Positions 25,698 through 39,570 of a stretch of DNA of 64,000 bases are shown here, piece by piece. This stretch comes from Catajapyx aquilonaris (Eukaryota). Location of the stretch: NCBI GenBank assembly GCA_000934665.2, contig JYFJ02002583.1, positions 1 through 64,000 on the forward strand, read 5' to 3'. The notes below the pieces were generated by a model, which had not been told where the DNA came from, ran no database searches, and saw nothing but the letters and a program-made list of their open reading frames with translations. Position 1 is the stretch's first letter; each line of letters opens with the position of its first letter. The position numbers were made by a program, and so were the translations under genes.

Positions 25698-28005
25698 AAC
25701 CACCAACCACAGTGAAGATCATCATAAGAATGGAGCAAGAGGCAGGTAACTTGTCATATCCATACCGGTAGAAGTCTTGTACTGTATGCATTGTTGCCTT
25801 GGTCTCCTCCTTTGCAAATGTCCTTCATCTGCATAGATACAACCAGCTGTAACAATCCCCCCACTTGAAGTGAGAATTCCGACAGTGAAAATAAAGTGAC
25901 CTCAAGAGTTTCACTGCTACAGGCATGGGCTTCCTTTTGGTTTAACCCAATACTGCCAGACAGTGTTATGACATAAATCACTTCAGTATGGAGAGCCCAA
26001 GAAAAAAAGAGAAATCCAATCAGCAGATTGGCTGTCCAGGATGAAGACAATAAGGTAAAGGCTGTGGATCATCTATTAGGAAGTCCTAGTGGCTTCCATA
26101 GATGTGTGCACAGATGCCTTCTTAGTTATTCTTAGTTATTATTACATACTCCTTCAAAATTAGATTCTCCTCTATAGGTACACCCATGGTCAATGTTCAA
26201 CTCGTAGATCTTAAAACTTGATTTCTTGATGTTACGTATATCATAATATGTACTGTACATTTTTTGGGCCTTAACTTAATTTTAACATGATGACTTTGAG
26301 CCCGTATGAAAAAATTCAATTACAGGTGCAGTACTTACTTCATGCAGGGCCTTACACTGGGCTGGAATAAACAGGACTGTACACTTTCCATGCAATAATA
26401 TTGTATGCATAACATTTATTGCAATTTCAGTATGGTACAAAATTACAAACAGCGGCTAAAAAAAGGCTGATAAATCTTTGCTTAGCTTGCGTACAAAAAG
26501 TGATGGATGAGCTTATGGAAGGAATTAATTACGCGCAAACACCTATTAACCTACCTCTATTCCCCCTACATAACCCATATGTTTTTTTATGTATATAGAG
26601 ACGAAGTCTCTGAGTAATAAACATAATTTGCTCCACACCATCATACATGTACTGATACAAGATTGGAGTAAAACAGTCCTGCCATTTCATGCAAAACGAT
26701 TCAGACATACGAGTTATACTGTCAGGTTGTTTTCTCGGTCTTGATGCAACGTTGCCATTGCAAAGAATTGTCAAAGTTAGTCTTTCATGATTGATTTACA
26801 CAAGTCAATTTTATCAATGTTCTGCATCAACCAACAGGACGTTCCATGTTCCCAGTATATATACATTTTTCTTTTAAATAAATATATGATAAAATGTCAG
26901 CAGGAGTATCATGCTACATCAAAGTCTTACACAGAATTGTCACAGTATTTTGTAAAAAAGTTCTTTACGTGGGAGGGTGTTAATAACGAAAGTAGGCTAT
27001 TACAATACAATCACGACATATATGGTTTCTGTATGAAGCCGGATATTTTTCAGTTAAAAAAAAACCGGCCTCGAAGCTTTCTACCATAAATGCATTCCTG
27101 GTAATTCCAATGGAGCAGGAAGTTTAAAATTAAAAATTCACATCAAAACATTTTGCAGCTGAGCATCTCTTATGTGTCTTTTTTTTTCCATTATCTCCCT
27201 TCACATAGTACACAAAAACACATGTTCACACCCACATACTCACACAGGCACATTGACAAGACACTCACATGACAGCCTACCTACACATTTCACATTGAAA
27301 ATCTAGAATGCCTAACAATAATCAACCCTGCCCATTTTATAAGGAACAAAAACATTACTCGTAAGTGTTTGACATGCAATGCATGTGGCGCTTCGAAAGG
27401 GAGACAAAATGAAAAATTGGTCCTTGGTCTGGTCTTTTCTTTAACAGCAGTCATCATGAAGTCTGGACATCAAAGATTCTAATAGAGATTCAGAAATATT
27501 TCCCCTTTTACCCATTTTTTCAAAACTAAAATCACAGGCGTATACTCCACTGCTCATGTCCACATGTCACATTAAACTCCTCTTATGATATGTGCATATG
27601 GACATTCCCATTCTCTCACTCAATCATACAGTTACGAAACACATTATTCTTTGTGGCATACTATTTAAGTAGAAGAGGCTAACCGTAATCAAAATGACAT
27701 CTCACTTAAGTACCTACTAACGACGGGGGACAGTCTTATATGTGTTGTTGTATTTTATTGATTTCCTTCAAACAATACTTTCCATTCAGGCATCAACCCT
27801 TATTTAAATCCTTGCCAATCTTCCCAAACCCCATCAACCATTGCCACCACAACTTGCAACAAAAATAATTGGAATAATAAAACAATGAATGTGAGCATTG
27901 GCCTGAGGCATTGAATTATGTAGATTTTCAGTTACAAAACATTCAATTATTATCATCATTATTCTTCAATAAGAAATAAAATATTTAAAAATCATCAGAC
28001 TCAAT

Positions 28006-31000
28006 TTAGTACTCCCACTTACTGGCAGACTCATAATCCCCACCACCAATCTTAAAGACTCCATTCTTCTCTGCCACCAGATAACTCCCTTGAGCTGACT
28101 TGATGCAGATGCGAGTTGGTTCCCTCAATTCCAGAAAGAATCCTTCAGGAGCGTCAGAATCAGCACTCACACCGTCTCCGCTCACCTGCCAATATTTTCC
28201 ATTCTGGCCTGGAATTGGAAGACATGTCATGTTCATTTAAAACATTCAGAACATTTCAACATTCAATAAATCCTAATATTGAGACCTTTGGTGATCCATT
28301 ACAATCCTACAAAACATCAAGGCCCAGTCAGAATTCATGTTCAGGGAAAATGTACAGTGCTGCAATTAAAAAAATCACAGGCAATTTCCTGGATTCAGTT
28401 AATTATTAGTCATTGTGACATATAATCAGAGTTTTTCCATAATTTACTTTCACACAACCAGCCTAAAGTCAATTTTGTCATTGCCTGTTACACAACCAGA
28501 GTAATAACATTTAAACAAGAATTGAGCTTGGCCTGATGGCCTTGCATCAGTTCACAAATGATTGGAAGTCCACTTCTCCATGCAGAAAAATAAAATCCTG
28601 ACACTGTTAGAAACAGAAGGGAGATCCCAATACTCATTAGTGGAAAGGCTGGCTTGGCACATGATTGTGCATATGGGCATTAACTCGTGCTAGCCCAATT
28701 AGGTTAAATATAGGCATTACTAAAGGTGGATTCCATGCATCGACCCACTGAGATCAATCAGCAATGGCAATTACTTGGGCTGACTAGGAGAGCATCAACA
28801 ACAGACTTTTCCCATTGCTATTATGTTATGCTGCAGTTGTTGGAACATCTGTCATAGTAATGAGTGGATATGTATGTCTGCATTCAAGTGCACTTGCAAT
28901 GGACAAAAAGGGATCCCCCACATGAAGCAAATTGCCCAATCCCCTCCCACAAGGCCATCTGTTCCACAAGTTGGTTGGGCAAACACTCTAGGCAGATATA
29001 AATGGAGTTCTGAAGTGGGTGTGACTTGACATAACTCATCTGCTGTGTCTCTGCTATCTACATTGATTAAGACCATCACCTGCCTCTAATTTAACCATCA
29101 GTCACCACCCACAACTAATTTCAAATCTAAAAGGAGGAAAAAAACCCACCCTTGAAGTATATGAGACCCTTCTCATGGCGCTCTACTTGGATGGTTTCAT
29201 AGTTGGCTTTGTTGCACTCCAAGCGTGGGGATGCAGCACTCTTGTAGCCTACAAAACCTTGGTCACTCTTCAGCACCAAGATTGGCCTGAAAGGGAACAA
29301 GTCACATTTTAAATGATTTGTACGCTATCATCAACGTATTGCCTGCAGCATTGCAAATCTGGCACCCAAGTCCACATCAGTTTCAGTTGCAGCCTACTAA
29401 TTGACAACTGCCCTCTAAGCACATGAGGCTCATTTTATCATGCAAATTTTCCAGACAGTTTATGTACCATATTTTACATCTTGTTGGTCAAATTGTAGCA
29501 CTGGTTTATGCTATTAACACTTCTTTTAGCAGGGAGCAGCCAAGCAAGGCCTGTCACAATAAATATTTTCTGGTTGCAATCTGGCTTCAAGGTCTCTGCA
29601 TACCATCAGATGTAAGTATGACAAACATTGAATTGGAACAGGGACAAAAACAGGTGTGCTGCAGGCATACAGCTGCCAGGCACAACTATGAATAAGGGCA
29701 CATAAAGTCATGCAGACACAATGATTAATAGCAGACCTATTGATTAGGTAGAAGAAGAACTTGGAACTGTCATCCAAAACCTCGGTGTTGGCATAGAGGT
29801 GACCCGACCGCTTTGTTGCAACATACTTCCCATTGTTGGCTCGGAAGGCAACTGAGCCATCAGGCTGCCAGCTCAGCTCAAAAAGGGCATTGGATGACCT
29901 GCGAAGGAAATGCACGGCTACAGTCACAACTCCACAAAAACATATTTTTTAACAACTCCTTGTGTCCAAAGTGGGATGGACCAACCACTGTTAATTGCCA
30001 TCTTCTGCTGACAGGTTGGGGTCTCATTATCAAGGCAAGCTGGAAAGTTTAGGACCGAGACGACCCCTAATTATACATGGTCCTTGTCTCTGAAGCAGGT
30101 GAATCTGCACCACCCCTTGACAAATCACTGCCCCATATCCACCTTCTGTCTCAAAATAATGCAAACGTGGCTCACCTCTTGTCTGCCGCCGCCTGGATAC
30201 CCCCTCCAGTTTCCAAGGTCCAGTACTTGTCCTGCATCGTACGCAAGTACCAACGCTTAGTGCAGTTGTCAAACTCCAGCTGGAACGTTTCATGATCAGA
30301 TATCTCATCCTGGTTCGCAGTCACATCCACACCTGCAATTTAAGAAAATGTCAGCTTCACCAAGAGCTCTTGGCTTCACATATACTTTCTGGACAATTTC
30401 CAACAAAAATGCTAAGTCCCCATGGGTGATATTTTATTGCATTAACAAGAAAGCTCCTCCGCTTGCCTCATTTCAGCCTCCTTATCACAACTGGTGGTAC
30501 AGCCAAGAGGAAACTTGGACCTAGAACCTCCCATTATTTATTCCAGCTGACACCCCCTGCCCTAGGCCAGACTTATCAGGGTCACCTATCTGCTCCCTCC
30601 ATTTCCCCCTAGCCCATTCCTGACCAACTATTTCTTGCTTTTGTTGGGGAGACCCAGAGCAGACAGATCCCTCATCTGCAGTCAGGGGTGGAGGCTGGCA
30701 TGAAGGTACACACACAGCAGAGGGTGGCCTGTCAGGGGGGGGAAGGAATACAAGGCAAGGCTGCCAGACTGCTGTTCCAGACAGGACTCCCCCGATAAAC
30801 TTGAACCCAGCTCATTGCTATGCGACACCAGAAGTTGCCACCGAGATTCAAGGCTGTGGCAGGTCAGCACCCCTGTACAAAATCCAAATAATCGGAAGAA
30901 TCAAAAAAGAGCCGATTGCAAGAATCGGGCATCATTTCGTGGTGTGTTTCCATGCTGTGGGTGTGCAATTAACAAGCGACGCTAATGAGCTCGTGCCTGT

Positions 31001-33807
31001 ACCTGGCCATCAGCAGGAGGGAATCACGCCCGCTGCCTGTTTTGATAATTGTTATCAGCTTTTTGCGCCGTACATCGCAACGGCTGCCAAACTGACCCCG
31101 ACACCCATAAACTGCGCTAATTAAAAATTATATCGCGCCCGCAAGAAAGCAACCCTGAATCGCCACATACAAAAAATCGCATACAAAGTTGTAATTTGGG
31201 AGGTGATTCGGATGAGAAAGCTTCAGCAGCACGGTCATCACTCGGCAAGCATCCACTGTAACTTGTCACAGGAAGTCCAGTCAGCCAGCCATCAAAGACG
31301 GCAGCCAGGTGAATGGACCCCACCCATATTATGAGTGGCTGCACAGAAAATGAAGCACGCGACAATGTCCCTGAACCTATCTGGAGGCGCACACCCAACA
31401 CTGAGATAATCAAGTTGATAAGGGCATTCACAGGGTGTACATCACGACGTGGGTGCTGCAGCAATTGTCGCCACACTGCTTCATTACATACAATGTACTC
31501 TAACAAGTGACGTCGTTTTTAGGTGTCGGGCATTCGTGTTCGGAAGGTGTGACAAGTGTCACATGGTCCAATTTGGGAACCCCCCCCCTCGTGACAGGAG
31601 CCGTAATTATAAAAGGGACAAGAGGACCGACGAAGGGGGGGCTGACTCAATAGTCCCTGGCAAAGCAGACTGCTGCAGCGGCGTAACCGTGGCAACGCCC
31701 TTTTTGGGAGCCCGGCGGGGATGACGAGAGGGTCCCTCTTTACATTTTGGCATTTGGGGTTGGGGGAGGTCTTCTTCACCCACCTTGTTTGACGGACACG
31801 TAGCGGCCGTTGAGGGCGGCCACGAAGCTGGCCTGGGGCAGGGAGTCCTCCAGGCTGAACAGCTCGTCTTTGGTCACAGTCTGCGACCGCGTCTTCAGAA
31901 TCGCCTGAAGGGATGGGAGGGGAAAAAAAATTTGATCGCAACAATGTCCTCTTTTTTTTGTCACAGACTCAATGGTACAAACCTTGGATCCGATCGGGGC
32001 CAGATAGAGACCATGGCAGTCCCTGAGAGCCAGGTACCCGTGGTGGTACTCGGCGGCGAAGAGACAGTCCCGGGTGCACTGAGCCAGCAGTTTTCCCTCG
32101 CGGTGCAGGTACTTATTGTTGCACGTATGTAGGGCGTACTTTTCGTCACGGAACTCCAGGGTAAACAGGGTGTCTTCTCCCCAAGGGATGTTGGCATCCA
32201 CCTGAATCTCCTCCATGCTCTCGGACAGATGAGCGAACCGCTTCCGACCCACCGACCGCAGGTTGACCTGAGCACAACAATGGTACTGTCAGGTCATGTT
32301 TCATAACATGCTTCAAACAGGAGCTGACCTGTGGCCTGGCCGCCAAGTGGACGAACCAGTACTCGGCATCGGTGGGCACCTTTGCGCTGCAGGTGAGCTT
32401 GTCCGACGCTGCTCCCAGGAAGTACCCTCGAGACACGTTCCTCAAGGCCCATCGACCCGAGTTGTCGTCTGCAACCACGATCTCGAAGCGGCTGCCAGTC
32501 TCCTTCTCCTCCGAGTCGCATGTCACATTTCCAAACTGGTCCACCGCCAGGTAGCTAAAACGACCAACCAGTTCCAGTCACATCCTGCTACAGCCCGGTG
32601 CATCCTCGACACCTGTCGAACTACTACGGCTTCCCATGAGAACCCAAATTCGAGCCCATCGGAACACAATTTAAAATATTCCCACCTTTCGTTGACCACT
32701 TCCTGTTGAGCGCGAAGGTTGCACCAAGTACATTGTACTATATACTCTCTAGTACTTTTGCCTGAGCAAGGTCGTCCTGGTTTTGCCCATTCCTACTTCC
32801 CAGCCACCGGCCGAAACTAGGTGCTTTCACCTGTTTTTTTTTTTTACTGTAGCACCTAGCAGGAACTAATGAAGACAAGGTATGTGTCCCTGCTTCCAAC
32901 AGGTTCAAGACCTTGTTTTATTACGCGGCATATTACGCCCAATCCAGGACTCAAAAAACGCTAACACTTATGACCTACTTGCCTGGTTGGCGACAACCAG
33001 CTAAACGCCATATGACCCTCATCTGCCCAAAGCAAGAGAAACGCGATCCTGGCGCATTGCCCTCTGACCCCAGGCCGGTATGGCGCAAACAATCACAATG
33101 GGAAAATCCATCAGTCGTGACCAGCTCCATTACGATATTGCATACCCATATGTGTATCGCGCGCCTGCGGGAGACTATCCCACGAACTGACTCATAATTA
33201 CAGTCATTACTATCCCGGATGGTCTCCCCCACAGAGTTGCATCACAATGAGGATCTGGCCGCCGGATCACAATGGACAATTCGAGTTGCGCCCCACTTTT
33301 ACGTAAAATTATTGTGCTGTTCAGTCCACCTATCCACCACTCAATGTGCATGTAAATACATGTTTTTTAAACAGATCCAGCAGCTCCCATGAAGATGTCA
33401 CACCCCTAATTTTTTGGTGTCCCGTAATTCAATCCACCGCGACACATGTGGGGCACGCGTGTGTGCGTGTTTTGACGCCAAAAGGGAAGTACCCCCCACA
33501 CGTGCCCCCTGATCCCCAAAAAAAGGTCAACCCTTACCACACACACTATGTAAGCGGATCTGATAAAAATAATTAAAACTCACCGATCCAGATGACTGTG
33601 CAGACAAATAGTATCGTTGTCCTGGGCCGGCTCCAATGTCCAGACCTGCTTCTTCTTGAGGGAGCTCCCATTGGCATTGATCTTGAACCCGAACGTTTCG
33701 GCCGTCAGGTATCGGAACTTGGAGTTCAGAAGTCCGATAGTCCAGCAAGCCTTGTCCGATCCATGGTCTCCGTTCACTCCATTCACGCCATTGTTGACCC
33801 CATTCAT
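28006..33807 (-). CDS. sn: Fascin (singed), actin-bundling protein; exons 33807-33583, 32554-32329, 32267-31983, 31904-31784, 30332-30176, 29898-29737, 29286-29150, 28208-28006
   Basis: [92 protein letters not shown]-terminal KWEY are hallmark fascin beta-trefoil sequences; GT-AG boundaries. Confidence 0.97.
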
Positions 33808-36800
33808 CCTGGAACGAGCTTTTATTGCATCACGACCACTCAACCGTGTTCAAATTCTCAACCGTGTCTCAATAGAATTTCCTGTTCAATTGAAACTTGG
33901 AATTCTCCCCCAGAAATTCATTACGCCCAACAATGACATCTCCCCTCCAAATTAGTTTCCTGTACTGGAGGACACCCCTGGAAATATGCTTCCTGGTTGA
34001 TTGCATACATGATACGACATAAATCCTGAAGTTTTTTTCGTTGTGTAAAGACTAGCTGAGCCCCCCTGTCTTTCTCCTATGTCCCTCATCGATTTGTTGG
34101 GTTGGGTTCGCAGGGGGTGAGCAAGCAGGGGGTGGCGGGGGAAGCTCGGTCGTTCCCCCCTAGCTTTTCGGGGGCTCTGGGCTTTAGGAATATAGTGCAC
34201 ACAGACACACACACGTAATATACACACACACAGCCGGCAGCATTCCTCTTCACTTCCCCCTACCCTAAGCACAGATTGGACCGCAAGTGCCGTTTAAAAT
34301 CCAGTGTCCATGACGACACTGCCACTTATCGCCCTCCAAATCATCATCGGAACGGGAGGAAACATTTTGGACCCATTTCTTGCTGCTGATGGGACAACCG
34401 CCCTTAAATCATTATTTGAGTTGACCCCAGGAGACGCATTTACACGTGTGCAATTTACGCCCGTTGGATGAAAATTAAGACAAATCAGGAACTGAAATAA
34501 CTGGGTCTTTTTTGTTTATATGAATCACTCACAAAAGTAGTTCGAACTGTTCGTGACCAAAATTGGCCCGTGTGAATACCAGGGTCCTCCACTGTGCGGC
34601 ACGAAACGTCTTACAAAGATTAAATCCCGCACGTGAGAGGCCCAGCAGGTGTAGGGCGCAATGACTAATGTCCCAAAACGATTTAATTTGTCACGGGGAG
34701 GTGCAGCAACTATCGGAACTGTACGTAACTGTACCTGTGGGCCGTCTATGGTGTGTATATAAAAGCTACACGGTCTTATTATTGAGCTTTTTTTTTTTTC
34801 TTCTTCCGGACACGCTTGGCGGACCAAGGGGCATGCACACCTTTATTCTTCTTCTGCTTCTTCCATCCTCGGATAAATCTTTTCACTCGGCCACAGGGTC
34901 ACCGACCGCTCCTTTTTTTTCTTCTTCTTCTTTCTGCCCTCTGCCACCGGATATGTCCCCACCCTGTATTAGCAAGGTGACCCGCAAGTGCAAGGTCGGT
35001 GTCAGAGGGTGCGGGGAGCTCAGAGGAAATTCCGGAGTTGGAAGGTTTCGTGACCAAAACAGGGCGGAGTTGCGTGATCTACTCCACACACAAAAAAATA
35101 TATAGGGGGACTCTAGAGGGGGGTTCTCCCACCATATTTACTACGGGTTGGTCCCCCTTCTAACGGGGCAGGTTGGCTACAAAAATAACCCAGCAGGCCC
35201 CGTCATGATTTTTTCATTCGGGGGGGCTCGTAATTTGACATATGGCTACAGTGCACTTGACTGCATTTGGACGACTATTTTTAAGTCCGCCTGACCTGGT
35301 CACGGCTACCTAATTTCTAGGGTGTATTATCTGGAACTACAACAAATTCGCAGAAAAATTTCAGAACACAATTATTGACCTCGAAATGCAATCAATTAGC
35401 TGAAGCGGCTAGAAAAATCCGTGTCGCCTTATCAATCGGGGAAACTCGATATCCGCAAATTGTCACTTCCCTACAAATCAATGGCTTCCCCTCCCTGCCC
35501 GACATCCGTTGCATTACTCACCCACCATATACAGAGCAAATTGATTAATTTTCGGGGAAATCCAACAGTCTCCCTCTACATACGGGAAGCGCACGAAACA
35601 GGTTTTTTTTTTTTTTTTTTCAGTGGATCCTGGACAGATGTTAAGCCCATCTGCTACATGCGGACCGGACCTACCCGACCGGTATGCCTCACCTGAAACA
35701 GCGTATGAGCCGCCTTGGTAACAAACAGTCCTCCACCGGTTGTTGTCAGTCACACTTATTGTCTCCCGCACTAGCTGGAGTGTTGCTTGTCCAGCGGCTG
35801 ACTACGGACTGTCTGTGCCTCCCGGCTTCTTGCATCCTTTTCCAGTAGGGGGAATGGCCAATAAGAGACGGCCTTACATCCATGGGCACCAATACGGTCG
35901 AGGGTTGGATGTGGGACGGGCGGGGACCAATCAGAGACGGCGGGATCGGAGGTAGGGTCCAGGGAGCCAATCAGAGCACAGCGCGGGAGCACTTTCAAGT
36001 ATGGAGAAAACCCATGGTCTTTACGAGAAAACTAAGGTTCATGCACACTTGATTGTAATCGGGGGATGGATAAGATGTGAAAACTGCAGGGATTTCGTGT
36101 TGGTCAGTAATAAATAAGGTACAGTTCGACAACTTGATGCTGAAGTGGAAAATGTAGCGGTATCACACTTTGCATCTCAATGCACATCGATGTGCCCAAA
36201 ATCACATATAATTCAGGGAATGTTTAGTAGGCGGATCAGGATATGGCCATGTTTAATGAAATTATTCGGCCGTTAAACTGATGAAGATGCGAGTGAAGAT
36301 GGTATTGTATATTAAATAATGTACAATATGTGGAAGCATATGCATTGTGCATTGTGTATCATAACATTCATGTCCATTGTAAAAGTAAATAGTCTGCAGT
36401 CTATGCAGTTTTCTTGTCGCTAAACACATCTGCCTTTATCATATGCTCCCATCGTTCCATGAGCTACACCTGCTGCCGTCGATGGCACATAAGTAACAAT
36501 TTGCCAGAATAGCGCAACACTAATCGGCGCAAATAAATATATGTCTAATTAAAGTTGTGGGTCAAATTCTGTTCCTCTTCTAAGTAATAACAATCGCTCA
36601 AATGAAAAGATCTAGTTTACTGAAGCAGGTGCCCGACATATTTGTTTGCGAACCTACTTTTGCTGCTTGACGAGAGCTGCACTAACCGTTTGTTTCAAAT
36701 CTCCAAAGCGTATACGAAAGGCCCGGTGCGCCTCACTTAATCACCTATTAATTTTTTTTACCTTCCTTTTTCTCACCCCTTCTCCTCTGCATCATGAAAG

Positions 36801-37681
36801 TCGTGATTCATCTCAGGTCAGCACGCTCAACGGAGCTTAGCATTTATTTTTTTTTAAGCAGAATAACTCTCTACACACACTCGCCATTCAAATATCAATG
36901 TCAGCAACACGAAACCACTTTCTGGAGGTCAATACACGTGTCCTTATAATAGTTGATTAGTACAGGAGTACCAACCACTGATTGAGTATGGCGCGATATT
37001 GAATTGGTACCAACATAACTCATCCATACACAATCAAGATGATCACTTGGATTTTTGTACAATTTATAATGGGTAATCCTGGAACTGTCTCGTTAGACCC
37101 ACAGAAAACTGGATGGTTGAACGGTTTTGATAGCAATCGGCACCTGCTGACGTCAAAACTTGTGGTCACACACTGCTCATCTTTGGCATTTTACGAGTCA
37201 ACGGTTTTCCAGGCATAAATTTCTACACGCTTTCTGAAATCAGCGATCCAGACGCCGCCTTGAGAATGGTAATTCAATCATTCCCGTAACGGAGCTCTTC
37301 CTAATAATTATTGCTCAGCTATGCGCGACCAGATATGTGTTTCTTCTTCAAAATGCAACCATCTCAAAATTAGAAAGGAAAAAAAAAAGTCTGTGCCTCC
37401 CATTTCCTCTGCGGTGAGATATTGTGTGATGAAAACACAGCCACATCCGAGTCAACAGCCAATACTTCCTCCTATACCTTCAACACAATAACATTACATT
37501 CACGCCACAATACAAATGATGTAAATATAATAAGCAATATGTCATACCCGAACTCCTTATCTTAATTAGGACCCGAACTTCATCATCAACCGGACGTGAA
37601 GATTAAGTTATCAGTAGTTCCGGATGATGTTAGAAGCGCAATTCTTCCATTCGGTACAACGCAAGTACTGAGGTTCCAGAA

Positions 37682-38484
37682 ATGAAGTCCTCCGTGGTCA
37701 TTCGGACAATTTCATGCCTTCTGCTGCTTCATCAGGTACAGGTTGGGCACCATGTGGATAATAATCATAGTAATGGTGCATTGTCTTCCAGGCTGCGGGA
37801 GAATGTGACTATTTGGACGACTTCCCGTCGAAGGTGGATGTCAACATGGATAAGTGCTACTTTGGCGGAAATATCGAGGTGATGTTTCTCATGGTTCAAA
37901 ATAAGCTTCTAAAGCTCGCTTGGGAAAACAAGCTGCTCTGTGAACTGACCACTTGTTCTTCCCTCGGCTTTACCTGACATATTAAAATATCAGATGAGAT
38001 GTGCCAATTACGTGAATTGTGTGTTTCAGTGCTACCCCATGTGCGTGTACGCGGCCCTGAACGCGGTGAGTTGCGTATGTCTCGCTGAGTGACTGATGTG
38101 ACCATAAATGTGTCCACAGATAGATGAAGATGGTTGGCCAAAAGCTGCTGTACTGGCGAATACGATGGCACCCGGTTCCTCCCAGCTGAGACTGCGCCAG
38201 TCCATCGTGAAGCACTACGAAGCCTGCACCTACTTGGGTTAGATGCACCTTTCACGCACCAGTGCATTCGTTCCTTCTCGCCCTTGACCTTATACGCATT
38301 TTATTATTCTTGTCCCGCAGCCAAAACCAAGTACACGGGAAATACTTGTCTGAGGCTCTGGCCACTCATGCAGTGCGCCGAAGACCGAATCATCAAGGTC
38401 AACACATTTTACCAAGTCGTATTGGTCTGGCTTGAATCTAATTTGGTTGTCGTTTTATTGCAGGAATGCTTGTGGGCTGCCTAG
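37682..38484 (+). CDS. Odorant-binding-protein (PBP/GOBP fold)-like secreted protein; exons 37682-37735, 37792-37878, 38030-38065, 38120-38237, 38321-38397, 38464-38484
   Basis: Spliced product has a signal peptide and Cys spacing C-X24-C-X3-C-X42-C-X12-C-X8-C, with CYPMCVYAALNAIDEDG, plus two extra Cys; all phases compatible. Confidence 0.78.
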
Positions 38485-38986
38485 ATGAGGATGCACATCG
38501 ATGGTGCTTCATTGCACCTGTCAATTACAATTAGCATGTAGATAAAACCGACAATAAATGCAATGTGCGAGCAACGCTCGGATTTACTTCCATTTTTGGT
38601 GCATGTCCAGTTATGACAATAGCCTATCTTCAATAATAATAACAACAACACAGGTATCTATACATGCATGTACTTCTCTTTCTCATTATTTGATACAACC
38701 GGTTCTAAATGTATTGTTCAATATTGGATAATTAATTGGCAGTGTTTCTCAAGTGCTACTTCGAAATTACTTTGATGTATTCAAAGCCCTGTGGGTTTTT
38801 TTTTTTAAATAAAATAATTTAATAAGCTGAAGGTAAGCAGCTGTCATTTAATAATCGCACTGCATTGTCAAAACTGCGACACGGTGGCGTTTGATTCAGT
38901 CTGTCATGCCCATGTCAAGTGCTCAATTGAACGGCTAAACTTGCAACAAGAGGTGAAATGCACACACTGGCCCATCTCATAGCCCC

Positions 38987-38992
38987 TATAAA
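38987..38992 (+). promoter_or_regulatory. TATA box of the Gly/Tyr-rich gene
   Basis: TATAAA ~30 bp before an Inr-like TCACTT (~39019) and ~80 bp before the ATG. Confidence 0.6.
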
Positions 38993-39069
38993 TTCGGCGT
39001 GCAAAGGCGGCTCTGTCCTCACTTTTGCACGTCCACGCATCTGAGAATAGTCACATACATTTCTCCAGG

Positions 39070-39570
39070 ATGCGAATGGTAAGTGTTAATAGACCACTTC
39101 AAATGTACGATATCCTATTGATAACTTTTTTCTGGCAGATACTTCCAGTGGTGCTCCTGTCCGCCCTGGTCTCAGCGGTCATTGGGGAGTTGGCCTACAA
39201 CTGGGGTCAGGGGTTAAAAGGCCACGATCAGGACAAGACCTCTTCGTACCGGAACGACAAATCCACGGCTCGCTCGTACGACTACGGGTACCACGACTAC
39301 GACCACGGCGTCGGACCATACGACTACGATCAGCACTACGGCTACGCAGGCTACGGATATCCTGGCTACTCCCCAGGAGGCTATTATGGTCAGAACTATT
39401 ACGGACACCGTCACCCTCGGAGCTATGGTTATGGATACGGACATGGCTACTACGACTACGGATATGCTCCCCATTATGGATATGGAGGCTACACTTCCGG
39501 AATCCCTGGGTTCTTCCGGCGACTCATCAGCCATCGGTACAGTCCACATGGCAGATATGGAGCCTACTGA
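39070..39570 (+). CDS. Secreted Gly/Tyr/His-rich low-complexity protein (cuticular/structural or peptide precursor); exons 39070-39078, 39139-39570
   Basis: MRM|ILPVVLLSALVSAVIG signal peptide with a tiny first exon; YGY/GGY repeats; TATA upstream; AATAAA at ~39612. Confidence 0.85.
   Translation: MRMVSVNRPLQMYDILLITFFWQILPVVLLSALVSAVIGELAYNWGQGLKGHDQDKTSSYRNDKSTARSYDYGYHDYDHGVGPYDYDQHYGYAGYGYPGYSPGGYYGQNYYGHRHPRSYGYGYGHGYYDYGYAPHYGYGGYTSGIPGFFRRLISHRYSPHGRYGAY

Noticed and set aside
30500..30860. GC-richer block in a fascin intron resembling a retroelement fragment
   Set aside because: No TSD, tail or protein motif that I can support
38134..38484. 116-aa Cys-rich ORF MAKSCC...
   Set aside because: Chimeric reading through introns; only part of it is the true OBP-like frame
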